A stretch of 61,206 nucleotides of DNA from an uncultured Planctomycetia bacterium (GCA_964352425.1 CAYGRZ010000005.1:1-61206); one strand, 5' to 3'; counted from the stretch's first letter, positions 1 to 8,803 are shown. Notes: a model not told the origin generated them from the sequence alone. Translations and numbers: made by a program.

Positions 1-130
1 GGACAGAGATTGTAAAATCTCTTCCTACTCTATTTAAAATACCGTGCAATAATTTTGGTACTTTTGGCATCCTATGTGGTAGGGGAATGTTTGTGGGTTT
101 GATGGGGATTGACAAAGCAAAAAAACAGTA

Positions 131-180
131 TTGACATGGCTTGCCTAACAAGTTATACTATTTGCTAGTTTGTTAGGCAA
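131..180 (+). promoter_or_regulatory. Sigma70-type promoter overlapped by a putative operator inverted repeat
   Basis: TTGACA 131-136, 17-nt spacer, TATACT 154-159. Perfect 11-bp inverted repeat TTGCCTAACAA (141-151) / TTGTTAGGCAA (170-180) spans the -10 and the start region, about 30 nt upstream of the 209 ORF. Confidence 0.6.
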
Positions 181-208
181 TTTTATAATATGAAGGATCG
201 GAGGGCGT

Positions 209-529
209 ATGAGAGGGGTGATCAAAGGGGCGCTTGCGGAAGAGCTCGATAATTCTATCAGAATGAAGAAAGAGTATGAGCTTGCTTTGGCAAAATTACC
301 TGAAGGATGCTTATCGGTAAAGAAAAGAGGAGGTCGTAAATATATCTATTTGGCCCAGAGGAAGGGTGATAAAGTACGATGGGTCTATAAGGGCAGAGTG
401 TCCGAGGAGCAGGTAAAAAAATATAAGGAAGCTACGTTATTGCGGGCAAAGTACCGAAAACTGCTGTCTCAGGTAAAAAAGCAGATCAGGTTTTTAAAAG
501 GAGCCTTGCGTGGAAAAGAAGCAATCTGA
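209..529 (+). CDS. Small basic hypothetical protein, putative partner (antitoxin-like) of the downstream nucleotidyltransferase-fold protein
   Basis: 106-aa ORF with GGAGGG RBS. It overlaps the next ORF by 20 nt. Lys/Arg-rich with a KKRGGRKYIYLAQRKG motif. No family recognised with certainty. Confidence 0.5.
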   Translation: MRGVIKGALAEELDNSIRMKKEYELALAKLPEGCLSVKKRGGRKYIYLAQRKGDKVRWVYKGRVSEEQVKKYKEATLLRAKYRKLLSQVKKQIRFLKGALRGKEAI

Positions 530-1196
530 ACTATGTTTTGAGATCTTAAGGCGATTCCACAAAGAAGGCATATTGCGCGATCTCATACTTATAGGGAGTT
601 GGTGTGTCTATTTCTACAAAGATTACTTTAAAACAGCTTCCTATATAGAGAATGTCACGATTAAAACAAGGGATATCGACTTTTTGATAGACAATCCTCG
701 TCGGATAAAAATAGAGGTAAACATCCCTCTTCTTCTAAGGGACCTTGGGTTCGTGACGATTTTTAAAGGCAGCCAAGGATATATTAAGCTAGATCATCCC
801 GACCTGCTCTTGGAATTTTTAGTTCCGGAAATAGGGAAGGGAACGCATAAGCCATATCCATTGCCGATGTTGGGGATGAACGCTGTTTCTCTAAGATTTT
901 TGTCTTTTCTTTCGCAAAATACCATCAAGATAAAAGTCGAAGACTTTTATGTAACCATGCCGCACCCCGCGAACTTCGCTTTACACAAACTCATAATGTA
1001 CAAGCGGAGGCTAAAAAAGGAAAAGGCGTTAAAGGACCGGAATACCGCACTGGAGGTCTTGAAAGTTCTTATAAAAAGCGGCGAAACCGGCACGATCAAA
1101 AAAGTTTTTCATTCCGTGCCTAAAAAATGGCAGGCGAAAATAATTAATGGCCTGGAGGAGACCGGAGAAGGAGATATCCTCGATGTTCTTGTATAA
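510..1196 (+). CDS. Nucleotidyltransferase-fold protein (MNT/AbiEii-like, possibly GSU2403-type), putative toxin component
   Basis: 228 aa. LILIGSW...TRDIDFLI resembles the G-S...DxD minimal nucleotidyltransferase signature. Translationally coupled to the upstream small ORF. Confidence 0.5.
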   Translation: MEKKQSELCFEILRRFHKEGILRDLILIGSWCVYFYKDYFKTASYIENVTIKTRDIDFLIDNPRRIKIEVNIPLLLRDLGFVTIFKGSQGYIKLDHPDLLLEFLVPEIGKGTHKPYPLPMLGMNAVSLRFLSFLSQNTIKIKVEDFYVTMPHPANFALHKLIMYKRRLKKEKALKDRNTALEVLKVLIKSGETGTIKKVFHSVPKKWQAKIINGLEETGEGDILDVLV

Positions 1197-1205
1197 AGAA
1201 GGAAT

Positions 1206-1268
1206 TGCACCGCTTCGCTTAAGCTCATGGCTTAAGGATACAATCATTGTGAAGATGAGGGAGATCAT
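1206..1268 (+). repeat. 63-bp perfect direct repeat, copy 1 (partner at 2311-2373)
   Basis: TGCACCGCTTCGCTTAAGCTCATGGCTTAAGGATACAATCATTGTGAAGATGAGGGAGATCAT is identical at both sites. Looser similarity continues about 15 nt further. Confidence 0.95.
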
Positions 1269-1475
1269 CAAACTGGCGGGATGAGGGTGATGTTGGATAG
1301 AGATTTGACTCATTTATACGGGGTTCCTACAAAACGGCTGAATGAGCGGGTTAAAAGGAACTCAAAACGGTTCCCCGCGGATTTTATGTTTCAAATGACT
1401 GAAACAGAGAAAGGTGATGTGGTCGCAAAATGCGACCGCATCAGAGGGCTAAAGTTTTCTTATCAACTACCCTAG
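1255..1475 (+). pseudogene. ORF6N (KilA-N-like) domain gene, frameshifted near the 5' end and truncated at the 3' end
   Basis: RVMLDRDLTHLYGVPTKRLNERVKRNSKRFPADFMFQMTETE matches the ORF6N core. The expected N-terminus MREIIKLAG lies in another frame (ATG 1255, stop 1281-1283). The ORF stops after SYQLP, well short of the usual 150+ aa. Confidence 0.65.
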
Positions 1476-1551
1476 GTCGCAGGGTAGCACCAAGTGGGAT
1501 GGCACCCATAAGACGGGGCGTTTCTCTTAGATGTACTAATAATCAGGTGTC

Positions 1552-1579
1552 TTGACAACTATGCATTTTGTGATATACT
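1552..1579 (+). promoter_or_regulatory. Sigma70-type promoter of the AbrB/RelE-like pair
   Basis: TTGACA 1552-1557, 16-nt spacer, TATACT 1574-1579. Confidence 0.6.
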
Positions 1580-1633
1580 TGAATTGTAAGAATGTAAGGA
1601 AGTAAGGAATAAATGCATAGCCAGGAGGGCATC

Positions 1634-1918
1634 ATGAAGACGACGGCAGGGAGCAGGCTCTATATTTCCCATGTGACATCGAAAGGCCAGACCACTATTC
1701 CCAGGCAGGTGCGAGCTATTCTTGGGTTGGCGGAAGGGTCCGAGATAGCCTTTAAGCCTGAGAAGGGTGGTTTTATGCTCATAAGGGTTACCACCACTAT
1801 CAAAGGAGCGGATCCGTATACATCCCAAGAGTGGGAGAAGATCAAGAAGCTTGCGTCAGAAAAGGGCAGGACATTCAGGACGAAAGAGGCCCTGCTAAGG
1901 CATCTCCACAAGGCATGA
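1634..1918 (+). CDS. AbrB/MazE/SpoVT-family antitoxin
   Basis: SKGQTTIPRQVRAILGLAEGSEIAF is a typical SpoVT-AbrB swapped-hairpin motif. AGGAGGG RBS sits 5 nt before ATG 1634. The longer ORF from 1613 is unlikely. Confidence 0.75.
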   Translation: MKTTAGSRLYISHVTSKGQTTIPRQVRAILGLAEGSEIAFKPEKGGFMLIRVTTTIKGADPYTSQEWEKIKKLASEKGRTFRTKEALLRHLHKA

Positions 1919-1924
1919 TGAACA

Positions 1925-2209
1925 ATGAACTTTAATCTCAAGCCTTCTTTTGGGCGCATTTATAAGAAACTTCCCTCATATGAAAAGCAGGTAATTGATA
2001 TCAAGATCGCCGAGCTTTTCGATTATTACAGCAAACGCACGTTTTTTGCCAAGCTCAGGGTAAAAAAGCTAAGTGGCCGAGGAAATTTCTTCGAAATCGA
2101 CACCTCTTCGAACAGGAGAATTCTGATACGTAAGTATAAAGATCTTATCGAATTTATAGCCTATGGCAATCATGATGAGATACGGCGCTTTCTGAAAAGC
2201 TTCGAGTAG
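1925..2209 (+). CDS. RelE/ParE-superfamily type II toxin
   Basis: 94 aa, starting 6 nt after the antitoxin. Pattern KKLSG..NFFEI....NRRILIR...D.IEFIAYGNHDE is typical of RelE/ParE-like toxins. Confidence 0.6.
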   Translation: MNFNLKPSFGRIYKKLPSYEKQVIDIKIAELFDYYSKRTFFAKLRVKKLSGRGNFFEIDTSSNRRILIRKYKDLIEFIAYGNHDEIRRFLKSFE

Positions 2210-2310
2210 TTAGAGGTTTAATGAGCGGCAAGTTAAGGCCGTCACCTTTATCTTCATTGCTAAGACAAAGAGCCTGGAGCCGGCACAGCTGCGCACGCAT
2301 CTCAAAGAAC

Positions 2311-2373
2311 TGCACCGCTTCGCTTAAGCTCATGGCTTAAGGATACAATCATTGTGAAGATGAGGGAGATCAT
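2311..2373 (+). repeat. 63-bp perfect direct repeat, copy 2
   Basis: Identical to 1206-1268. Here the ORF6N-like start (VKMREIIGLAE*) is followed by no gene body. Confidence 0.95.
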
Positions 2374-2446
2374 TGGGCTGGCGGAGTGAGTGGGGGGGGT
2401 GGGGGTACGATCTATCTTCCCATTCCCAAGAAAAAAGGTAAATTTA

Positions 2447-2572
2447 CTTGACAGATATAATATCGGCGTGTATACTTATCCGTACTATCTTAACAGATAT
2501 GGTACCGGCGTGCGTACTTAAATGTATTATCTTGACAGATATGATACTGGCGTGTATACTTAAATATACTAT
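2447..2572 (+). repeat. Three tandem 42-bp repeats, each resembling a complete sigma70 promoter
   Basis: Units 2447-2488, 2489-2530 and 2531-2572. Units 1 and 3 carry TTGACA-N17-TATACT (2448-2476 and 2532-2560). Unit 2 is degenerate (TTAACA-N17-CGTACT). The repeats end 35 nt before the ATG at 2607. Confidence 0.85.
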
Positions 2573-2606
2573 AGTGTATTAATATCAAGATCAACGGAGG
2601 AATGAG

Positions 2607-3416
2607 ATGAAGAAAGCCGCTCTGGCAGTTGCTTTTATCGCTATACTTGGCTTGCTTGCAATGCCGGCGTTCGCCCAGGTGCAGATTCCCACGCCTTTGC
2701 AGGGGATGACAGAGATGACGGCATCCGTGACGAAGATGCAGGGTGAGGTCCTTGTGACAAAAGCCGGTCAGTCTGCAGTCCAACCGCTGAAGATAGGGGA
2801 TGTCCTCGGTTCCGGAGACAAGATCGAGACTAAGGATAACGGTAAGGTCGGAATAAAGATGGAAAACGGCAATCTCATCAATCTCACCCCGAATTCCGAG
2901 ATCGTCCTGTCGAGGCTCGCCTCAAACCCGAAAACCGGTGACTACGAGAATCTCATGGAATCCAAGTACGGGACGATACGCGCCCACGTTGTCGCGAAGG
3001 TAAAGGGAAAATCCACATTCAGGATAAAGACCCCCACCGCGATAAGCGGCGCCAGGGGGACAGTCTTCTATCTTATCATCACCGCGACCGAGACGCGCGT
3101 TTTTGTAGTGAGCGGTTCGGTCGATTTCTCGAACCCGAACTCCGGAGATACATTCGTCGTCGTCGAGAACATGACAGCGCTGTCTGAAGCTGCCGGCGTT
3201 TCAGAGCCGGTCGAGCTGACGGGCGCGGATAAAGAGGCTGTCCTGGCCGCGTACGAGGCGAGCCTGGCCACCGATTCCGATACAGATGAGGATATCGATC
3301 AGGATGTCCCTGATGCGCCGTCGCAGGTAGACAGCCCGCAGACGCCGACGGATAATCCGCCGCCGGTGGTGCCGCCGGAACCGACGCCGGAACCGACGCC
3401 GCCGAGCAAATCGTAG
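2607..3416 (+). CDS. FecR-domain protein with signal peptide and Pro-rich C-terminal tail
   Basis: Signal peptide ends AMPAFA-QV. IGDVLGSGDKIETKDNGKVGIKMENGNLINLTPNSEIVL is FecR-like. C-terminal PPPVVPPEPTPEPTPP. Confidence 0.6.
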   Translation: MKKAALAVAFIAILGLLAMPAFAQVQIPTPLQGMTEMTASVTKMQGEVLVTKAGQSAVQPLKIGDVLGSGDKIETKDNGKVGIKMENGNLINLTPNSEIVLSRLASNPKTGDYENLMESKYGTIRAHVVAKVKGKSTFRIKTPTAISGARGTVFYLIITATETRVFVVSGSVDFSNPNSGDTFVVVENMTALSEAAGVSEPVELTGADKEAVLAAYEASLATDSDTDEDIDQDVPDAPSQVDSPQTPTDNPPPVVPPEPTPEPTPPSKS

Positions 3417-3425
3417 GAGCATGTA

Positions 3426-4601
3426 ATGAAGAGACAGATAGTAGCCGTTAGCTGTCGGCTCTTGGCTCTTAGCCTCGTGATGGCTCCGTGCCTTTTCGCG
3501 CAGCCCGGCGAAGGCATAAAGCACGGCAACTGGAAACTTCATCCCGTAGGCGCGATCCAGGAACAGTTCGACTCCAATATATTCCAGGAGCCTGACAATA
3601 CAAATAAAGACTGGATCACGACCTTCAGGGGCGGATTCCAGGGCGAAGGCATCGTCATGGCCGATACCGCTCTTAAAGGGGGCTACCTTGCCGAGTATAA
3701 TCTCTTCGCCAACTATCCCAAGCAGAGCGCATTAAACCAATACGTCAACGCGGCGATAGAACACGAATTTAAAGATATCACGTTCAAAACCGATGATTCG
3801 TTCCAGCACACGTATAGCAGGCCCGACTCGGAAACGACGCAAAGGGTCCTGTGGAACAAAAACGATCTCGGGTTTAAGGCGTCGGCTGAATACAACAGGT
3901 TCGGCTGGTCCGCCGAATATAGGCCTATCTACTATAATTACCAGACCGACGGATGGCAGGGCGAGAACAGGTGGGAAAATGACGCCAGCATCGTCCTCAG
4001 CTACCGCATTTATACGAAGACATATGTCTTCACCGAATTCAACTATGGCAATATTGACTATGTCAAGAAGGTCAACTCCGACGCCAATTTCTTCCAGGGC
4101 CTGGTGGGTGTAAGAGGTAAACTTACCGCAAAGCTCACGGGAACGGTAAAGGCCGGCTGGCAATATCGCGGCTATACCAGAGGAACGATGAAGGATTACG
4201 ACAGCCCGGTGACGATGGCCGGCCTCCTCGAGGAATTCAGCGACCGCGACAAGTTGGAGATAAACTGGATACGTTCGCCATACGAGTCGCTCTACAGCGG
4301 AACGAACTACTACGTAGACAACAGTATAAACCTCAGGCATACGCACAAATTCACCGATAAACTGTCCGGGAACATAGGCGGCCTCTACCGGCTGACCCAG
4401 TATCCTACCGAGACATTGGACGGCGGCACGTGGAAGAAGAGGCTGGATAATACGTGGAATGTCGGCGCCGGCGTCGAGTATGCCATGCAGAAATGGCTCG
4501 TCTGTAACGCCGGATACACCTTCATCCAGAGGCAGTCCAATTTTGGCAGCTCTGATTATAACGATAATCTCGCCACGGTCTCGGTCAAGGCGACGTATTA
4601 A
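3426..4601 (+). CDS. Putative outer-membrane beta-barrel protein of the polysaccharide export locus
   Basis: Signal peptide, alternating aromatic/polar strand pattern rich in Y/G/N, and a C-terminal ...VSVKATY typical of OMP termini. Confidence 0.5.
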   Translation: MKRQIVAVSCRLLALSLVMAPCLFAQPGEGIKHGNWKLHPVGAIQEQFDSNIFQEPDNTNKDWITTFRGGFQGEGIVMADTALKGGYLAEYNLFANYPKQSALNQYVNAAIEHEFKDITFKTDDSFQHTYSRPDSETTQRVLWNKNDLGFKASAEYNRFGWSAEYRPIYYNYQTDGWQGENRWENDASIVLSYRIYTKTYVFTEFNYGNIDYVKKVNSDANFFQGLVGVRGKLTAKLTGTVKAGWQYRGYTRGTMKDYDSPVTMAGLLEEFSDRDKLEINWIRSPYESLYSGTNYYVDNSINLRHTHKFTDKLSGNIGGLYRLTQYPTETLDGGTWKKRLDNTWNVGAGVEYAMQKWLVCNAGYTFIQRQSNFGSSDYNDNLATVSVKATY

Positions 4602-4633
4602 TATCCTGCCGTTTTAACCTGCGAAAGAACGAT

Positions 4634-5203
4634 ATGCGTAGATTAATATTTTTTTCAGTTGCCTTATTGTCACTCGCCATTTTTGCGGCCGCGTCCTGCG
4701 GCGAATATAAGATAGAGACGGGAGACCTCCTCCTTATCACCGTCTATGACCAGACCGACCTTACCACGAAAGTCCGCGTTACCAACGGCGAGCTATCATT
4801 TCCGCTCATAGGCAATGTAAAGGCCGAAGGGCTTACCGTCGGGGAATTGACCAAGACCATCGAAGACCGCCTGCGTGAGGATTACCTGGTCAATCCTAAG
4901 GTTAACGTTGTCGTCGAAGAATATAATCCCCGCAAGGTCTTTGTGCTGGGCTCGGTCGACAAGCCGGGCGCGTATGAACTGCCGGCGAACAGGCCCACCA
5001 CCGTTATCGAAGCCATCACGATGGCGGGAGGCTTCAGCAAGGTGGCCGACCGGAACGGCACGAAAGTGATACGCAAGACCGCCGCCGGCAAGGAAGAGAC
5101 GATAAAGGTGAAGGCAGACGACATAACGCAGAAGGGCCAGAAGGACAAGGACGTCACGGTCCAGCCCAATGACGTCGTATTTGTTCCGGAGAGTTTTTTC
5201 TGA
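4634..5203 (+). CDS. Polysaccharide export protein (Wza/Poly_export + SLBB type)
   Basis: GDLLLITVYDQ...ELSFPLIGNVKAEGLTVGELTKTIEDRL...YLVNPKVNVVV...VFVLGSV.KPGAYEL is a classic Poly_export motif set. Confidence 0.8.
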   Translation: MRRLIFFSVALLSLAIFAAASCGEYKIETGDLLLITVYDQTDLTTKVRVTNGELSFPLIGNVKAEGLTVGELTKTIEDRLREDYLVNPKVNVVVEEYNPRKVFVLGSVDKPGAYELPANRPTTVIEAITMAGGFSKVADRNGTKVIRKTAAGKEETIKVKADDITQKGQKDKDVTVQPNDVVFVPESFF

Positions 5204-5204
5204 T

Positions 5205-6857
5205 ATGGAAACATCAATACCTGTACAGGAACAGGAAATAGAGATAAACCTGCAGGATTACATCACGATAATCCGGCGCAGGCGCTGGGTCATCCTCACC
5301 TTCTTCATCGTGGTGACGACCGTCGTCACGGTGTGGACGTACCTGCAGACGCCGGTATACCGCGCCACGACGACAGTCCTCATTGACCAGGAAACGCCGG
5401 ATGTCCTCGCCGCCAAAGACGGCCTCTCGCTCGGCTCGCCCGGATATGTCTCATACCGCGAGTATTACCAGACACAGCTCGAGATAATAAAGAGCCGCGC
5501 CATAGCAAAAGACGTCTTCTCAGCGCTTGCGCTGGAGAAAAGCCCGAAATATGTCGGAGCGATAGATCCTATAAAGCGGTTCCTCTCAAAACTCAAAGTT
5601 GAGCCGTCCCGGAATACCAGGCTGGTCTATATAAATTACGAGGATGAGGACAGGGAGCTCGCGACTCAGATAGTCAACATGATGGCCACCGTTTATTCGG
5701 CGAGAAACCTCGTATGTATCTCGAAGAACGAGAACGTGAACCTCATAAAGAACGAGTACCTGAAGCTGCAGGCAAAGTATTCGGAGTATACAAAGATATT
5801 TAAATCCAAGCACCCCAAGATGACACGGCTGAAAGAAGAGATCGCCCAGCTGGAAGACCGGATGAGGAAAGAAGAGGCCGATCCTTTCAAGGCGACGGGC
5901 TTGAAGGCGAACAACGTGAGGATAATCGACGCGGCAGAAGTGCCAAAGGCGCCTGAGAGGCCGAAGAAGGCGCAGAACATCCTGATAGCGATGATCGTCG
6001 GGCTCATAGGCGGGACGGCCTTAGCCTTCCTGATAGAATACCTCGATAACACGATCAAGACGACGGACGACATAGAGCGCTATGTGAAGCTCCCGCTCCT
6101 CGGCTATATCCCTGTGATCGAAAAGAGCTTCACCGAGCTTCAGAGGGACCGCCTTGTCAACCTCCTGCCGACATGTCCTGTGAGCGAGGCATACAGGTCG
6201 ATAAGGACGGCGATCATGTTCTCAAGCTCCGAGGAGAAGACGACGAAGGATGTCCTGATAACGAGCGCCGGCCCGCAGGAAGGGAAGAGCCTGACCGCGT
6301 GCAACCTCGCCATCACGATGGCCTATAGCGGTAATTCCGTCCTCCTGGTCGATGCCGACATGAGAAAGCCGAGGATCCACGAGGTCTTCAAGCAGAAGGA
6401 GGATGTGGGCCTGAGCAATTTCCTCACCGGCCAGGCCAGCCTCGACGAGATAATCAAGAAGACCGACATAGAGAACCTCTCCGTCGTCACGTGCGGCCTT
6501 ATTCCGCCCAACCCGTCGGAGCTTTTGAGCACCAAGCGGATGAGGGAGTTCGTGGAGAAGGCGAAAGAGAAGTACAATAGCGTGATATTCGACTCACCGC
6601 CGCTCGCGGTGGTGACGGACGCGGTGGTGCTCTCGAGCATCATAGACGGCACGGTCATTGTCATCAACTCCAAGAAGACGACGCGCTCTGCCGTAACCCG
6701 TTCGAAACAGCTCCTGGAAAACGCAAAGGCTAACGTCTTTGGCGTCATCCTCAACAACTACCGCGTAGAGCGGGGCAGTTATTACTACTATTCCCATTAC
6801 TACTATGCGAAAGACTCTAAAGACGGCGGTAAACGGGAACGCAAGAAGAAGACGTGA
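5205..6857 (+). CDS. Polysaccharide co-polymerase / tyrosine autokinase (Wzz domain + BY-kinase)
   Basis: N-terminal Wzz-like TM segment, coiled coil, Walker A SAGPQEGKS, DADMRKP, and a C-terminal Tyr cluster YYYYSHYYYA. ATG 5205 directly follows the upstream stop. The 5169 start would overlap by 35 nt. Confidence 0.85.
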   Translation: METSIPVQEQEIEINLQDYITIIRRRRWVILTFFIVVTTVVTVWTYLQTPVYRATTTVLIDQETPDVLAAKDGLSLGSPGYVSYREYYQTQLEIIKSRAIAKDVFSALALEKSPKYVGAIDPIKRFLSKLKVEPSRNTRLVYINYEDEDRELATQIVNMMATVYSARNLVCISKNENVNLIKNEYLKLQAKYSEYTKIFKSKHPKMTRLKEEIAQLEDRMRKEEADPFKATGLKANNVRIIDAAEVPKAPERPKKAQNILIAMIVGLIGGTALAFLIEYLDNTIKTTDDIERYVKLPLLGYIPVIEKSFTELQRDRLVNLLPTCPVSEAYRSIRTAIMFSSSEEKTTKDVLITSAGPQEGKSLTACNLAITMAYSGNSVLLVDADMRKPRIHEVFKQKEDVGLSNFLTGQASLDEIIKKTDIENLSVVTCGLIPPNPSELLSTKRMREFVEKAKEKYNSVIFDSPPLAVVTDAVVLSSIIDGTVIVINSKKTTRSAVTRSKQLLENAKANVFGVILNNYRVERGSYYYYSHYYYAKDSKDGGKRERKKKT

Positions 6858-8071
6858 GTGACCGTATCGTCCGGGCCTGCCTCGTAGCTATCCTCATTTT
6901 TACGCCATTCGCCCTCGGCGCCAACAGGCTGTGGGCCATTACCCCCGTCTTTATCGTAACCCTTACAGGCCTATGCGCCCTTGTAGTGCGCTTGAACGCG
7001 CAGGGCGCCTCCGGTTTCAGGCGGACGCCGCTCGGTGTGCCGCTCTTCTTATTTCTGGCGCTTGCGGGCGCGTCGTGTCTATCTTCCGCGTATCCTCACG
7101 ACAGTATCATGGCGCTGTACAGGGTTATCACGTATATCGCGATATTCTACTGTATCGTCAATTCGTTCAATACCAGGGAAAGCATGCTCCGCCTCGTCAG
7201 TATCATCGTCGGGATCGGCGCCGTTCTTTCGCTCCTCGGGATCATCCTGTATCTCGGACACAGGTACTACAGCTACTGGCTTCCCGGCTCGACGCTCAGC
7301 GCCACTTACATAAACCGCGACCATTTTGCGGGGTACCTTGAGATGGTGATCCCGCTCGCCGTAGGATTCCTCTTTACACGGCCCTCGAAGGAGAAGAAGG
7401 TCCTGGCGGCCTTCCTGGTGATAATGATGCTCGTGGCGTTCGTGCTCGCCGCCTCGCGCGGAGCGTGGGTCTCGCTCGTGGCCGCATCTTTCATAGCGAT
7501 CCCGTTCCTTTCCGGGAAGCGGCTCCTAAAACGCATCGCGCTTGCGGCTGTCCTCTTCGGGATAATCCTGTTTTTTACCCTGTCCCAGTTTGACCTTACC
7601 GTGGCAGCGGCGAGGGCACGGACGATCATCGAGGGGGTGGGCATAGACGATACGCGCGCGCAGATGTGGCTCGGCACCACCGACCTTATAACGTCAAAGC
7701 CGTGGCTGGGGTATGGGATAGGCGCATTCATGCATGTCTTCCCGCAGTACAGGCCCGTAGGCATATACAGATACTGGTTCATCGATCACGCGCACAATGA
7801 CTATCTGGAGCTGACCTCCGAGCTGGGGATCGCCGGGCTTTTCCTGATACTGTGGGTGATCGCCTCGGCTGTCTGGACGGGGCTTACGGGGTTCCGGATC
7901 GGCGAAGGCCCGTTCAAGCGGGCTATTTCTCTCGGCGCTACTATAGGTGTAATGAGCATGGCGCTCCACAGTCTGGTAGATTTCAACCTGCATATTCCGG
8001 CGAATGCCATCATGTTCGTGACGCTCATCGGCATAATAATGGCGATGCACGGCAGGAGGCGCTATGATTAA
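6854..8071 (+). CDS. O-antigen ligase/polymerase family membrane protein (Wzy_C)
   Basis: Polytopic membrane protein with GYGIGAF...HAHNDYLELTSELGIAG, the Wzy_C signature. GTG start overlaps the upstream stop. Confidence 0.75.
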   Translation: MSDRIVRACLVAILIFTPFALGANRLWAITPVFIVTLTGLCALVVRLNAQGASGFRRTPLGVPLFLFLALAGASCLSSAYPHDSIMALYRVITYIAIFYCIVNSFNTRESMLRLVSIIVGIGAVLSLLGIILYLGHRYYSYWLPGSTLSATYINRDHFAGYLEMVIPLAVGFLFTRPSKEKKVLAAFLVIMMLVAFVLAASRGAWVSLVAASFIAIPFLSGKRLLKRIALAAVLFGIILFFTLSQFDLTVAAARARTIIEGVGIDDTRAQMWLGTTDLITSKPWLGYGIGAFMHVFPQYRPVGIYRYWFIDHAHNDYLELTSELGIAGLFLILWVIASAVWTGLTGFRIGEGPFKRAISLGATIGVMSMALHSLVDFNLHIPANAIMFVTLIGIIMAMHGRRRYD

Positions 8072-8759
8072 GCGGTTGTGTGCGCTACTTGTCGCGCTCG
8101 TCTTCATCGCCGGATGCTATTTCGCTTGTGCGCCGCTCGCGGCCGAACTGTATGCCGGCCAGGCCGCCCGGCTGGAAAAGATGCGGAAGCTGGACAGCGC
8201 TATGGCCGCTTACAGGAAGGCCCTGCGCCTGGACGCTCTCAACGCGAAATATTACGGCGAGATAGGCCGCCTATACCTGAAGAAGGCCGCTGGTGTTGCG
8301 GATACGGGCCTGCGGACCGATTCAAAGAACGCGTACGTGAAGGCGATAGATTTAAGTCCCACGAACAGCAGATACCGGATCGGCTGGGGCACCGCGGAGG
8401 CGCTTCTCCTGTCCGGTAAGAAGGATTTCTCCGATGGAGAATTAGGCGCGTATGTCGACAATTTCAGGAAAGCGGTGGAACTTAGCCCCAATGATTATTA
8501 CGTCAACGCGGTTTCGGGGTATTATATCCTTGTTTTCAGGAACAGGATAAGCGTGAAAGACAGGAATTTTGCCATCTACCGCTTAAGGTATTCCCTGGAG
8601 CTGAATCGCGATTACGCCAACCAGGTCTTTTCGTATGTCGCCAACGGCCTGGGTGATTTCAGGATCCTTGAGAAGATCACGCCGCAGACGCCGTATTGGC
8701 AGGGCCGGCTGCGGGATTTCCTGCGCAACATCGATAAGTGGAAGTATAAGAGGGTGTAG
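8064..8759 (+). CDS. TPR-repeat protein
   Basis: N-terminal TM/signal segment followed by AYRKALRLDALNAKYY..., YVKAIDLSPTN..., FRKAVELSPNDYY TPR-like repeats. Overlaps the upstream gene by 8 nt. Confidence 0.6.
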   Translation: MIKRLCALLVALVFIAGCYFACAPLAAELYAGQAARLEKMRKLDSAMAAYRKALRLDALNAKYYGEIGRLYLKKAAGVADTGLRTDSKNAYVKAIDLSPTNSRYRIGWGTAEALLLSGKKDFSDGELGAYVDNFRKAVELSPNDYYVNAVSGYYILVFRNRISVKDRNFAIYRLRYSLELNRDYANQVFSYVANGLGDFRILEKITPQTPYWQGRLRDFLRNIDKWKYKRV

Positions 8760-8803
8760 GGTCTCAAGAACGTAGGGGGGGCTGGAACCTATACCCTATG
8801 CTA

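Noticed and set aside
2383-2405. G-run GTGGGGGGGGTGGGGG downstream of repeat copy 2 as a G-quadruplex.
   Set aside because: Only two G-tracts are present, which is too few for an intramolecular quadruplex. It is more likely a homopolymer remnant.
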